64,000 nt of DNA from Promethearchaeota archaeon (GCA_048938105.1 JBHLMN010000016.1:1-64000); one strand, 5' to 3'; numbered from the stretch's first letter, positions 38,494-49,074 are shown. Notes: a model not told the origin generated them from the letters alone. Translations and numbers: made by a program.

Positions 38494-39708
38494 ATGCAAA
38501 GTGATTCCACATCTTTTCTAACTGATGAAATGCAAGAGATCCGTGAAGCTGGACGAGAATGGATACATAGAGTTCTAGAGGGCCCTAGTGACACAGTATG
38601 CAAGGTAGAAGGAAAAGAAGTTATTATGTTATGTTCCAATAACTATCTTGGCTTATCTAATCATCCCAAAATGAAGGAAGCGGCTATTGAAGCTATTAAA
38701 ACTCATGGGGTCGGTTCTGGTTCAGTTAGAGCGATTGCAGGGAATATGGATTTACATGAAAAATGGGAAAAAAGACTGGCAAAATTCAAAGAACAAGAAG
38801 CTGCTTTTATCACATCTGCAGGATTCGCAGCTAATCAAGGTGTTATCCAACAACTTGCTCCTACTGCTGATGATGTTATATTATCTGATCGTCTGAATCA
38901 TGGCTCAATAATTGATGGTGTGCGAACTACCAAGGCTAAGAGAGCAGTTTACGAACATTGTGATATGGCTTCTCTTGAAGTTGAGCTTACCAAACTAGCA
39001 AAAGGAAATCCTAGAAGGATTTTGGTAATTACTGACGGAGTTTTTTCTATGGACGGGGATCACGCACCCCTTGGCGAGATTTTCAAAATATGTGAACCTC
39101 ACAGTAATACGATCATTTACGTGGATGATGCTCATGGTGATGGAGTCCTTGGTCGTAATTATTCTGGGAAGGGTCTTGTTGATCACTATGGTTTGCAAGG
39201 AAAAGTCCATATTGAAATGGGTACCTTTTCTAAAGCATTTGGAACCATGGGTGGGTCGATAGTAGGATCCCAGGAATTAGTTACTTGGTGTCGAAATAAA
39301 ACACGATCATACTTATTATCTGCTAGCCACCCTCCTGCAACTGCAGCGGCATCTATCAAGGCTTTAGATCTCATTGAGCATGAAGAACCTGATCTTGTCA
39401 AAAGACTCTGGAATAACATTGATTACTTCAAAAAAGAAATCATAGCTATGGGTTATAACCATGAAATAACAAATGCTTCAACTACTGCGATCATTCCAAT
39501 TATTTTTGGTGATCCTTTAAAAGCAAAAGAAGCATCGAATTTACTCTATTCTGAATACAGCATTTTTGCCTTACCGATTGTTTTTCCGATGGTTCCTCGT
39601 GGATTGGATCGAATTCGTGTTCAAGCTAATGCAGCACTTACGAAAGAACAGCTAGATGAAGGTCTTCGTGCTTTTGAAGAGGTCGGTAAAAAACTCAAGA
39701 TATTTTAA
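38494..39708 (+). CDS. PLP-dependent alpha-oxoamine synthase (glycine C-acetyltransferase/Kbl-like)
   Basis: SNNYLGL, LNHGSIIDG, DGVFSMDG, DDAHG, GTFSK, RIRVQ. Confidence 0.88.
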   Translation: MQSDSTSFLTDEMQEIREAGREWIHRVLEGPSDTVCKVEGKEVIMLCSNNYLGLSNHPKMKEAAIEAIKTHGVGSGSVRAIAGNMDLHEKWEKRLAKFKEQEAAFITSAGFAANQGVIQQLAPTADDVILSDRLNHGSIIDGVRTTKAKRAVYEHCDMASLEVELTKLAKGNPRRILVITDGVFSMDGDHAPLGEIFKICEPHSNTIIYVDDAHGDGVLGRNYSGKGLVDHYGLQGKVHIEMGTFSKAFGTMGGSIVGSQELVTWCRNKTRSYLLSASHPPATAAASIKALDLIEHEEPDLVKRLWNNIDYFKKEIIAMGYNHEITNASTTAIIPIIFGDPLKAKEASNLLYSEYSIFALPIVFPMVPRGLDRIRVQANAALTKEQLDEGLRAFEEVGKKLKIF

Positions 39709-39758
39709 ATTCTAAATGAGTATGATGGAAAAGAATTTTTCCTTTCACTTCTTCTTTT

Positions 39759-40214
39759 TTAAAAGAATTTCGTTAATCTTCTATTTTCTCTTCTGGTTTT
39801 GAGCGTGTCAAGAACTTCTTCTAGAATCTTGATTACTCGATCTTCATATGTTTCTCTTTTATAATAATAGCTCCAGTGATTCCAATGTGGTCGTTTATGC
39901 GCTACTTTATATTTTAATCCTGTCATTTCTGTCTTATAGGTATTCGCGTCTAGTTTGTTAACCCTTTGATCAGCAATGATATACCAGTGATATTTTGTGT
40001 TGTTTAAAGCACCCGTACCAACTGGTGCCTGATGAATTCTAAATTTATTACAAATAAACTCAAACTTCCATTTATCTGGTGCAATTTTCGTTTCATTCCA
40101 ATCTCCGTCTTTGTAATTCCATCTATGTTTTCCCCCAATTGTCATTCCTGTGTATTTTTGGCCATTATACTCTTTAAGAGAATTAAAATATTTCCTTTTT
40201 GGATCTTTGATCAT
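39759..40214 (-). CDS. Conserved hypothetical protein
   Basis: 151-aa aromatic/basic ORF (YTGM-x-IGG-x-H-x-W-x-Y, YKVAHKRP) that reads like a real protein. Confidence 0.65.
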   Translation of the reverse strand: MIKDPKRKYFNSLKEYNGQKYTGMTIGGKHRWNYKDGDWNETKIAPDKWKFEFICNKFRIHQAPVGTGALNNTKYHWYIIADQRVNKLDANTYKTEMTGLKYKVAHKRPHWNHWSYYYKRETYEDRVIKILEEVLDTLKTRRENRRLTKFF

Positions 40215-40488
40215 ATACTTTCAACCTATGGAATGAATTCATGAGTCTCGTCATTTAAGTTTTTAATAGAAAGAAAGTATATAAACTAAATTAAGAGACT
40301 TAATTGAAAGTAATTTTTACATTTAAAGGACTATGAACCTATAAAACAAAATTATCTTAGATTTTGGATAATAATTAAATCTGAGATATATCTTTCTCTT
40401 TTTTTTAACCATTTTATTCTATTAAATTTAAAAAGAGACGAAATTTCTCTGAATAAATACCTGTTCTTACTGTAAAGTTGATGATTTC

Positions 40489-40896
40489 TCATTTTTTTTT
40501 AGATATTATTCGCCGTTTAGGTTTCACATTAATTCTCCCCGAGAATCTAAAAACTTGGCCACAGTCTGGGCAAAACCAATATTTTCGTGACGCCTCATCA
40601 CCGCGAGAAAACTGATAAAATCCTTGAAAAACAGCATTAGGATGATTACATCGTTTTTTCTGACGTTCATCATATGTTTGAATGAAAATTCGTGGTATTG
40701 GGGGTGGTTCATTCTCTAAAATACGTGTATGGTCTCGTGGAGTGTGTTCTATTGGTGTACGTTCTTGAAATGCAGTCGTATCTTCAATTTCAACAGTTTT
40801 TTTACAATTAGGACATTCAAAAATCATCTGCTTCTTTGAACCCTTCCTCTTCGGTACTATCAACGATCCACATTTTTCACAAAATGGTGAGGACAT
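40489..40896 (-). CDS. TFS/RpoM-like transcription factor paralog
   Basis: N-terminal FCEKCG...CPNC; C-terminal Q-x-SRGDE...FCPDCG. Confidence 0.75.
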   Translation of the reverse strand: MSSPFCEKCGSLIVPKRKGSKKQMIFECPNCKKTVEIEDTTAFQERTPIEHTPRDHTRILENEPPPIPRIFIQTYDERQKKRCNHPNAVFQGFYQFSRGDEASRKYWFCPDCGQVFRFSGRINVKPKRRIISKKK

Positions 40897-41119
40897 AAGT
40901 TTTCCACGGGATTTTCAGGATTTTTTACTTTTTTTAATTATAATTTCATTCTTATCTTTTGGATAGGAGGAATTCATCCCTTTAATTGATTCTATCATTA
41001 GTTTCCTTAATAATAAAACTCTTAAAAAGATATTGATTAAGTTTTTACAATTTATTAATATTCTCATAAGATGATTTCAAAAAGGTTTTCTCTTTCTTCT
41101 CTTTCAATAGTAGTAATTA

Positions 41120-43183
41120 ATGTTAGAATGGTTTGATTTTTTTATAACCTTTTTCTCTCTAAACATGATTTTTTTAACTCTCAGTAGCGGCGACACAAAG
41201 GTGAAAATACCCTATCTAGGAAAAATAAGATTGTATTGGTGCGAGTTTTGTCATGTACCACTGATTCGTGAATATTGCTCTCTATGTGCGAAAAAAGGTA
41301 AAAAGATCCAGTTAACTCCTCCTGGAGATGTTCGTCCTGCTTTTGAAGGTGATCTAAAACGGATAACTTCAGTAATTAGATCTCAATTTGGTAAGATTTC
41401 AGCCCAAAAATTTCGACAACTGATTGAAAACCAAGTGATTTTATTAAATAAAGTACCCTATGTTGACCGTATGGATGAAATCATTTTACAAGGACACATA
41501 ATTGGAATATTTCGGTTTAATCTTGTTAAAGGGAATTTTGAGTTACTTCCTAGAATTTCTTTAGCAACAGAATTATGGAATACTCAATCTAAAGGATGGG
41601 TAGTCGTGGATGTCGGAGCTAGAAATCCAATCGTTAGGGGAGCTTCAGTCCTTTCTCCTGGTGTTGTGGCTGCAGATACGAATGTTTCTGTAAATGATCC
41701 TGTAATAATTGTATGTCAAGACGAGGTAATTGCAGTTGGTCTTGCAAAAATGAATGGTGGTCAAATGGGACCACAAAACAAGGGTATTGCAGTAAAAACA
41801 AAATATCGCAAAAAGTCCAGAATTTCTCCAATAAGATCAAAAATTTCAACTTGGGAACGGATAATTGACGCCAACCTACTTTCACTAGAAAATTTAGAAA
41901 ACGAAGCAATTGAATTTATTAAACGGGAAGCTAAGAAATTTAAAAAGCATGTCGTAGCATATTCTGGCGGAAAAGATTCTTTAGTAACGTTAGATCTAGT
42001 GGCTCGATCTAATGTGTCCTATGAAATTATTTTTTCTGACACAGGTCTTGAATATCCCGAAACGCTAGAAAATATAGCATTAATTAAACAAAAATATCAA
42101 AAAGAAGTGATTGTTCAAAGAAACAAGTTATGGGAGTTTTGGAATCGATTTGATCAATTTGGACCGCCATCAAGAAATACCCGATGGTGCTGCAAATCAG
42201 CCAAACTATCTCCAATAAACGAAATAATGGAAAAATTCTTTCCTAACGATAATCAGATACTTAGTTATCTTGGGAGAAGAAGGTATGAGTCACTAGGGAG
42301 ATCTCGGGAATCTCGTGTATCAAAAAACCAGTGGATTCCCAAACAAGTGATAGCTGCACCGATAAATAATTGGAACGCTTTTGAAGTTTTTTTATATATT
42401 CATAAAAATGGTCTCACTAAATTTCTAAACCCATTATATAATAAAGGGTTTATTAGAATTGGTTGCTGGGTTTGTCCTGCTTCCTCCATGGCAGATTTTA
42501 AGATTATGAAAGAATCACATCCAACATTAATTACCCAGTTGAATAAAAGGTTACTTAAGATCAAAAATCAACAAAGATTTCCAAGTCAGTATATTTCATG
42601 GGGATTATGGCGCTGGAAATATCTTCCTCAAAAGATTATTAATTTATTAAAGACTGAGAACGTACCATTTTCTATCACTAAACAAAGGTTTCACATAATG
42701 AATAATTTAGCTTTTAGAATTACATCTAATCCCTCACCCTGTGTTTATGGAGGTTTTTCTTCTTTGTTATCTGCAAATCAAATGTTGGATCTCTCTAGAA
42801 TGAAAGATTTTTTACCAATTTTAGGTTCAGTCCAACACGACGATGAATTAGATGTTCTTTCGATTTCAATGAAGAATCACAGCCATTTTGACATTTTTTG
42901 TGATGGTTCGATCATACTTAAGAGTAAAAACAGAAGTTTCTTCTCAAAACAAATTTCATCTTTGATTCGAGTATTGTATAGGGCAAATCATTGTGACGGT
43001 TGTGGAATCTGTGTTTATTCATGTAAAGAAAAAGCACTTGTCATAAAATCGGGTGTTATCAATGTTCTTAAGGATCAATGTATTCATTGTCTGACATGCA
43101 ATGATTTCTGTCCATTAGTGAAATATCAAGATGATACCTCTTTTTTAATTTCTTCCAAGGAAATAGGAGAATCTATTTCATAA
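41120..43183 (+). CDS. PAPS-reductase-family protein with PUA and 4Fe-4S domains (GTG 41201 is the likely start)
   Basis: WC-x-x-C, PUA (GASVLSPGV), SGGKDS PP-loop, RWCC, RIGCWVCP, two C-terminal CxxCxxCxxxC. Confidence 0.88.
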   Translation: MLEWFDFFITFFSLNMIFLTLSSGDTKVKIPYLGKIRLYWCEFCHVPLIREYCSLCAKKGKKIQLTPPGDVRPAFEGDLKRITSVIRSQFGKISAQKFRQLIENQVILLNKVPYVDRMDEIILQGHIIGIFRFNLVKGNFELLPRISLATELWNTQSKGWVVVDVGARNPIVRGASVLSPGVVAADTNVSVNDPVIIVCQDEVIAVGLAKMNGGQMGPQNKGIAVKTKYRKKSRISPIRSKISTWERIIDANLLSLENLENEAIEFIKREAKKFKKHVVAYSGGKDSLVTLDLVARSNVSYEIIFSDTGLEYPETLENIALIKQKYQKEVIVQRNKLWEFWNRFDQFGPPSRNTRWCCKSAKLSPINEIMEKFFPNDNQILSYLGRRRYESLGRSRESRVSKNQWIPKQVIAAPINNWNAFEVFLYIHKNGLTKFLNPLYNKGFIRIGCWVCPASSMADFKIMKESHPTLITQLNKRLLKIKNQQRFPSQYISWGLWRWKYLPQKIINLLKTENVPFSITKQRFHIMNNLAFRITSNPSPCVYGGFSSLLSANQMLDLSRMKDFLPILGSVQHDDELDVLSISMKNHSHFDIFCDGSIILKSKNRSFFSKQISSLIRVLYRANHCDGCGICVYSCKEKALVIKSGVINVLKDQCIHCLTCNDFCPLVKYQDDTSFLISSKEIGESIS

Positions 43184-43367
43184 ATACAAATCCATATTTT
43201 TTTCTAGAAAGTATTTTATGTTTAAAATTCCTCGGAAAAACTATTGTAAGTTAAAATTTCTGGTAATTTATTCCATTCATGTTAAGGTTTGTTACTAGTG
43301 AAACTGAATGACGATGTAAATCTGATTGGTATAATTCAAGACAGAGAAAAACAAAAAAAAACCAGAC

Positions 43368-43949
43368 ATGATTGGGCTTATGAGCTGCATTTGGAGAATA
43401 CAGAGTGTGAATGGTCGTAAGGAACGAGTTATTGACGGAGCTAAATCAATTCTTTCAACAAGAGGATTTAAAGTAACTTCTGAGATTGAAAAAGATGAAT
43501 TTTACGAAATCTATGGAAAAGACGCCAACAAGAAGACAATTATAGTACGCATTCCAACAAAAGAAGTTGTTGGTGTTCGTGAATTACGTGATTACAAGGA
43601 AGAAATAGAGAAAAAAGGTTACGATCACGCCATTCTTCTTGCTTTAAACAAATATACACATTATGCAAAAAGAGAGGCAAAAACCGCTGGTATTGAAACC
43701 TTTTCAATTAAGTTTCCATTCTTTAATTTATTTAAACATTATTTAGTACCCTTACACGAGTTTGCTAGCGAGGAAGAAATCAAAGAATTAGAGAAAAGAT
43801 ATTCCATTTTTAAGTATCAATTACCCAGAATATCAGCAGAGGATCCAGCTGTGCAACTTCTAGGTGCTAAAGTCGGAGATGTGCTGAAAATAATACGTAG
43901 AAGCCCCACAGCAGGTGAGTTTATCATCTATCGGGCTGTGGTACCTTGA
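43368..43949 (+). CDS. rpoH: RNA polymerase subunit Rpo5 with eukaryote-like N-terminal domain
   Basis: C-terminal HYLVPLH, QLPRI-x-x-x-DP, GDVLKIIRRSPTAG; ~115-aa extra N-domain. Confidence 0.93.
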   Translation: MIGLMSCIWRIQSVNGRKERVIDGAKSILSTRGFKVTSEIEKDEFYEIYGKDANKKTIIVRIPTKEVVGVRELRDYKEEIEKKGYDHAILLALNKYTHYAKREAKTAGIETFSIKFPFFNLFKHYLVPLHEFASEEEIKELEKRYSIFKYQLPRISAEDPAVQLLGAKVGDVLKIIRRSPTAGEFIIYRAVVP

Positions 43950-44073
43950 TCATTGAACCTAGAGAAGTAGTTTTCATCCTTATCAAAAAACCAAGTACAT
44001 AAAAAAGGCTGTATAAGGTGTTAAAATTGACATCCAACGCCTCCGAAGTTTTCCTAGTAATCGGATATACGAT

Positions 44074-45402
44074 GTGCGACATACTAATTCGAGCAAGGCA
44101 ACTAGCATTAAGAAAGAGGAATGTTTATTGAGCAAACTGAAGAATTCTTGGATCATAATAGTCATGGTATTCTTTCTCAATCTTCTTACTATAAATAATT
44201 CATATTTAAATCCTTTAATAGTTCAGGGAACAGTTAAACCCACGATTGAATCTGAAATCATTATTGGTATTGATTTATACCACCAAAGTGATATTAATAC
44301 TAGTGAGATCACTAATTTAACGTCTATTCTTAATACTACCTTTAGTTCGCAACAAGTTGTGTATCTTAAGGAGAAATTCACTTCCGAGAATTTAGCAGGT
44401 ATAGATGTATTAACTATATTAGCACCAACCTTAAGATTCGATCCTGAAACGGAAGTAGTGGTCATAGAAGAGTTCATAAAGAAAGGTAACTCCTTACTAA
44501 TAGCTTCTGGGTATAGAAACCAAACGAGAGAGCCATCGAATGACATCCTGAATGTTTTTGGTTTAAGATTCAATTATTCCAGTTCTATTATATCAGAAAA
44601 GGCCTTGGCTCGAAATTTCACAACGCCAGTTACTCCTTTAACTGAAAACATCTCCCAAATCATATGTCCAAATGGACTGGGAATTTCATTAAATAAATCA
44701 AAACTAGAAAGTTATCAAACTCCAGCTATAGTGTATTATAACCCTATTCTAGTTGTTAATTCCGAGAAAGCTCCATCGGAGAATAATACTTTGATTTCAA
44801 CCCTTGAGTTTGAAAATGGAGCCCGAATATTAGCTATTGGATCAGCAGACATGTTTAATAACAGTTTCATTGAACCTCTTGCCAATGCTACTAGTATTTT
44901 CTTAGATAACACAGATTTTATAACGAATGCTATAAGGTGGTTAGGAAGAAATACTGGACTAATGAATTTTTATAATCCATGGGTGGATTTAGATGAGCAA
45001 TCAATTGATATTGGAGAAGTAATTCATGGGAATGTCACATTGGTAAATTCTCAAAATCAAAGTCTTTCACAGGTACATCTAATCATCACGCTTGAACGAA
45101 CAGGAGCAATTCTGAGTTCAAGAATTATGCATATGTTTCCTAATAATGCTTCAAATTATTTTGGTTGGGTGAGTACAGAAGAATTAAGTTATGGATATTG
45201 TGATGTAGTATTCATCGCTAGTCGGGTCGGTTATCTGCCTGTGGAATTAAGTGCTGGGCGTATATACTTAAAACCCCCATTTCCCTCACCGAAACCACCA
45301 AATACAGCTCTCCAGGGTTTATTTTTGGCATCTTTTCTCCTTTTTTTATCAGACACAATAGTCATTTATTTGAATTTAGGGAAGAAAAAACCAATAGAAT
45401 AA
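44074..45402 (+). CDS. Wbp1/OST48-like (GldG/IFT52-fold) type I membrane protein
   Basis: Signal-like N-terminus, DVLTILAP...EEFIKKGNSLLIAS, ARILAIGSADMF, N-x-DF-x-x-x-x-x-RW...G, many NxS/T sequons, C-terminal TM and Lys-rich tail. Confidence 0.7.
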   Translation: MRHTNSSKATSIKKEECLLSKLKNSWIIIVMVFFLNLLTINNSYLNPLIVQGTVKPTIESEIIIGIDLYHQSDINTSEITNLTSILNTTFSSQQVVYLKEKFTSENLAGIDVLTILAPTLRFDPETEVVVIEEFIKKGNSLLIASGYRNQTREPSNDILNVFGLRFNYSSSIISEKALARNFTTPVTPLTENISQIICPNGLGISLNKSKLESYQTPAIVYYNPILVVNSEKAPSENNTLISTLEFENGARILAIGSADMFNNSFIEPLANATSIFLDNTDFITNAIRWLGRNTGLMNFYNPWVDLDEQSIDIGEVIHGNVTLVNSQNQSLSQVHLIITLERTGAILSSRIMHMFPNNASNYFGWVSTEELSYGYCDVVFIASRVGYLPVELSAGRIYLKPPFPSPKPPNTALQGLFLASFLLFLSDTIVIYLNLGKKKPIE

Positions 45403-45419
45403 CCATTATTCTATAAAAG

Positions 45420-45791
45420 TCAGGTTATTGCACTTAAAGCCTCAGTTGTGATTTCATAATCTTTTGGTAGAAGTAAAAGATAATCGAGTTTCCCTAGGTT
45501 CAACATATCATATTCATATTGCCGAATGAATGCATTTAGTCGCTGTAAAAATCGTTTAGCTCGTATAGGTTTTTTTATTCGAAATTCTTTGAAAAAGATA
45601 ATGATTAAACTGTGATGCTCCATCTCGAGTTCAATGTCATCTGTATCAGTGAAATCCTTTATTGAAATGCAGCGGATTCTATTTTTATTTATTCTAAAGG
45701 AACGATTGAAGGTTCCAAATATATTAGTAATGAAGAGGCGCATTTTTTTTTCCAAGAGAAGGTAGATGAATTCAAGATAAACAAAAAGCAC
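45420..45791 (-). CDS. Hypothetical protein
   Basis: 123-aa ORF filling an intergenic gap; no recognisable motif. Confidence 0.45.
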   Translation of the reverse strand: MLFVYLEFIYLLLEKKMRLFITNIFGTFNRSFRINKNRIRCISIKDFTDTDDIELEMEHHSLIIIFFKEFRIKKPIRAKRFLQRLNAFIRQYEYDMLNLGKLDYLLLLPKDYEITTEALSAIT

Positions 45792-46002
45792 TATTTTCCT
45801 AGTTGATTCTCACATATCATTAGTTCTTTTACATTGGTTATATTCCATCATGATATTGTGATATTAGGTCTAGTTAATTTCAGAAGTAATCAGATGAATA
45901 AGAGAAAAATACCCACTATTCTATTATTTTACAAAATTAAATAAAGAGTTGATGATGGCCAAATCTTTGCATAATCATGTTTGAAAATCATTCAATTAGG
46001 AA

Positions 46003-46159
46003 CGGGCCCGGTGAGATTTGAACTCACGATCCCAGCGTCTTACTGAAAGTGGTACTTATACCCACTTCTCGCAGCGCCGTACTCTGTCTGGAATAATCTA
46101 GGTTAAGCCTACAAAAAGCATGCTTAACCATGATTTCATCCAGGCTAAGCCACGGGCCC
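46003..46159 (-). tRNA. tRNA-Arg(GCG) with two non-canonical introns (D-loop 46086-46137; 36/37 at 46040-46069)
   Basis: GGGCCCG acceptor, G discriminator; BHB helices CTGG/CCAG and GCTG/CAGT; the spliced product is a 75-nt cloverleaf with CT-GCG-GA loop. Confidence 0.88.
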
Positions 46160-46582
46160 TGTAAGATAAGCTCCGTGAGAAAAATCAATAGTTACATCGC
46201 TTTTGATCATTGTCTTAAATTTTTACTGTAGTAATTTGTATATTTTGGGAGAAATGGATTCTAACCATTACTTCTCTAACTTTAGGGATTTTAATATCTA
46301 ATTACACGAGAGTAACATTAAGGATTGCTAAAATATCTGGCTTTATTTTCCTTTTTGACTGATTAATAGACTCAATAGGCCGAACTTATGTTGTAGAAGG
46401 TTAATTGTACGAATTTGTTTCACAACATAACTATATCTTGGTAATAATTGAATATTTTATGATAAATATCTATCAAATTGAAGTATATGATGGTTCGAGT
46501 TCAAATATGAAAAAAAATAAAAATCATATCAGCTGTGAGAATCTAACTATCAAAGAAAGTATTTATCTAGAGGTCTGATGAC

Positions 46583-46942
46583 ATGAAAACCCCTACATTG
46601 ATTGGAACACTAATATTCGTGATTAGTATAATGATAGCAGTCATTACAGCTTTACCACCCCAACCAGAGACCCCATATATTGAATTATTTTTAATCTGGA
46701 TTGGTGGAATAGTTGGTGGTATAGGACTTGGGTATGGAAATCGGGAGAGTTTCGGATTCGATGAAGGAAATAGCGCAACGATTATTGGAGGTCTTGGTCT
46801 CGGATGGAGTATTCTTATATCGTTTTTGATGTATTATTATGGACATCCTCCCTTTGAAAGAGTCATTATATCATTTGTTGGATCAATTGTAGCAATTATT
46901 GGCTTATACATGGTGGTTGTTTCAACACAAGAGTCTTATTAG
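46583..46942 (+). CDS. Small 4-TM membrane protein
   Basis: Four Gly-rich hydrophobic segments; SD-like GAGGT upstream. Confidence 0.7.
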   Translation: MKTPTLIGTLIFVISIMIAVITALPPQPETPYIELFLIWIGGIVGGIGLGYGNRESFGFDEGNSATIIGGLGLGWSILISFLMYYYGHPPFERVIISFVGSIVAIIGLYMVVVSTQESY

Positions 46943-47039
46943 ATGTTTCCAAACTTAATGTTTGATTTCAATATTTCAATCCTTACAAGGATTTATCTTA
47001 CTAGGAGTGAAATTCTCAAATCATTGCTTAATTCTAGTA

Positions 47040-48374
47040 CTAAGTACTTTTTCCATGATCTTTCAGAAAATTTAATACAATTTCTTCTAAAGTAGGTGTA
47101 CCTTGCACTTCTAATTCATATTTTACTCTTACAGATGGTTTTTCAATTGTTATTAGTCGCTCTAAGTCAATGGGAGTACCTATGATGACTGTTTCACAAT
47201 CTGAAGCGTTTATTGTATCTTCAAGTTCTTTTATTTGGCTTTTTCCATAACCCATTGCTGGGAGAATATCAGTTAAATGAGAATATTTACTGTAGGTATC
47301 TTTAATAGTACCTACAGCGAAGGGGCGAGGATCAATAATTTCTTTTGCCTTAAATTTCTTAGCAGCAATGTGTCCAGCTCCATATCTCATTTCACCATGA
47401 GTCAAAGTTGGTCCATCTTCTACAACAAGAACTCTTTTGTTGGTAATCAAGCCAGGATTCTTCACTGAGATTGGAGAATTTGCTATAATGATTTTTGCAT
47501 TTGGATTGAGTTTTTTAATGTTTATTTTGAGTTGTTCAACATTTCCTTTTGGTGCGGTGCCAGCTTTGTTGATAATCACTACATCTGCTTGTCTTATATT
47601 TACCTCACCGGGAAAATAAGAGTGTTCGTGTCCCAAACGATGAGGATCCGCAATAGTAATCTTTAAATCTGCCTCATATAAGCTCCAATCATTATTTCCT
47701 CCATCAAAAAGAATTACATCCGTTTCCTGTTCAGCAGCCTTTAGAATATCAGCGAAATCAACCCCCGCAAAAACTAGATTTCCTTCCGTGATGTGAGGTT
47801 CATATTCTTCCATTTCTTCAATTGTGCACTCTTGTTGCAATAAGTCATCATAAGACCCAAATCTTTGACAGCGCTGTTTTAAAAGGTCACCATAAGGCAT
47901 TGGGTGTCGAATTACGGCCACACGTTTTCCATTCTGGCGGAGGATTTTTCCAATCTTTCGTGTTGTTTGACTTTTTCCACTACCAGTCCTCACAGCAAGA
48001 ACTGCAATGATTGGAAGTTTAGACTTTATCATGGTATGATCAGGGCCTAAAATACGGAAATCTGCCCCAATTGATAACACCCAAGAAGCTATATTCATTA
48101 CATAATCATAAGACAAATCTGAATAAGCCAGAATTACCTGTTCAACTTTGTATTGATTTATTAAGGTTGGTAATTCTTTTTCAGGATAAATAGGGATACC
48201 TTCGGGATATAGAGATCCAGCTAATTCAGCAGGATATTTTCGTCCTGAAATATCTGGAATTTGTGTGGCAGTAAAAGCTACCACATCATATCTTTCATTA
48301 TTACGAAAATATGTGTTAAAATTATGGAAATCTCGTCCAGCAGCGCCTAAAATAACTGTTTTTATTCGTTTCAT
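47040..48374 (-). CDS. cDPGS-related P-loop protein, probable arginine synthetase (ArcE family)
   Basis: LGAAGRDFHNFN, TATQIPDI, VRTGSGKSQT, RHPMPYG, DGGNND, EDGPTLTHG, LPAMGY. Confidence 0.75.
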   Translation of the reverse strand: MKRIKTVILGAAGRDFHNFNTYFRNNERYDVVAFTATQIPDISGRKYPAELAGSLYPEGIPIYPEKELPTLINQYKVEQVILAYSDLSYDYVMNIASWVLSIGADFRILGPDHTMIKSKLPIIAVLAVRTGSGKSQTTRKIGKILRQNGKRVAVIRHPMPYGDLLKQRCQRFGSYDDLLQQECTIEEMEEYEPHITEGNLVFAGVDFADILKAAEQETDVILFDGGNNDWSLYEADLKITIADPHRLGHEHSYFPGEVNIRQADVVIINKAGTAPKGNVEQLKINIKKLNPNAKIIIANSPISVKNPGLITNKRVLVVEDGPTLTHGEMRYGAGHIAAKKFKAKEIIDPRPFAVGTIKDTYSKYSHLTDILPAMGYGKSQIKELEDTINASDCETVIIGTPIDLERLITIEKPSVRVKYELEVQGTPTLEEIVLNFLKDHGKST

Positions 48375-48738
48375 TGGAAGGATCCCTAATTTATTTGTTG
48401 ATAGAAGGCAAAAAGGACTGAATTTTTAAAATATTCTTTCATAATTCAAAAAAAGATTGAGAATGTAGATAAATTAAAACGAGAGAAAGTAGATTCATAA
48501 TCAAATTTAAAATAGCACACCAATTGAAGTATTTTTATTAACATTATGGTCCTTGATACTATTCCCTCAACATTGGAGTGAGGTTTTTGTAAAAAGCTAT
48601 CAACTACAGGTTTGTAATAGCTTAACATATTACCAGATATTTCAGACTGATTACTAAACTTAGAGGAGATTAAAACACTGAAAACACTAAAAAAATTCTT
48701 AAAAAACTGTGTAATTAGACAGGTTAGAGGAAAATATC

Positions 48739-49074
48739 ATGAGTTCAGATCTTGAAGGATGGTTTAATCTTCCTAAATCAATCAAATTGCTGGATATCTC
48801 TCTTATTGGCTATGGTTTCATCTTGATCATTGCCATATTATTATATATGAGCGTACTTGACCATACTGTACAGAATTTGATGCCTATATTTCTTACAGCC
48901 ATACTTTTGTTGATCACATGGAATTTTCGGACACAATTATCAAAAACACATATATCAAAAGAAGAATTTGACCCTGGAGTCCAAAAACGATACTTTCTCG
49001 AATGGTTCATTATTTGCCTGCTTATTATTGTGATTATAGGAGTTATTCTCATTGTTTATCCAGTAACATATTAA
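48739..49074 (+). CDS. Small 3-TM membrane protein
   Basis: Three hydrophobic stretches; SD-like GAGG upstream. Confidence 0.65.
   Translation: MSSDLEGWFNLPKSIKLLDISLIGYGFILIIAILLYMSVLDHTVQNLMPIFLTAILLLITWNFRTQLSKTHISKEEFDPGVQKRYFLEWFIICLLIIVIIGVILIVYPVTY

Noticed and set aside
38494-39708. Serine palmitoyltransferase call (GTFSK motif, ACP in window)
   Set aside because: Overall pattern (FPMVPRG-x-x-RIRVQ) fits Kbl-like enzymes; the motif alone cannot assign substrate, and the ACP is 22 kb away in an FkbH cluster.
43290-43325. C/D-like boxes (CTGA ATGACGA...CTGA) upstream of rpoH
   Set aside because: No upstream C box, the spacer is too short and there is no convincing target.
45370-45402. 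KKxx ER-retrieval signal on the Wbp1-like tail (GKKKPIE)
   Set aside because: Lysines are at -4, -5 and -6, not -3/-4 or -3/-5; the positive-inside rule explains them.
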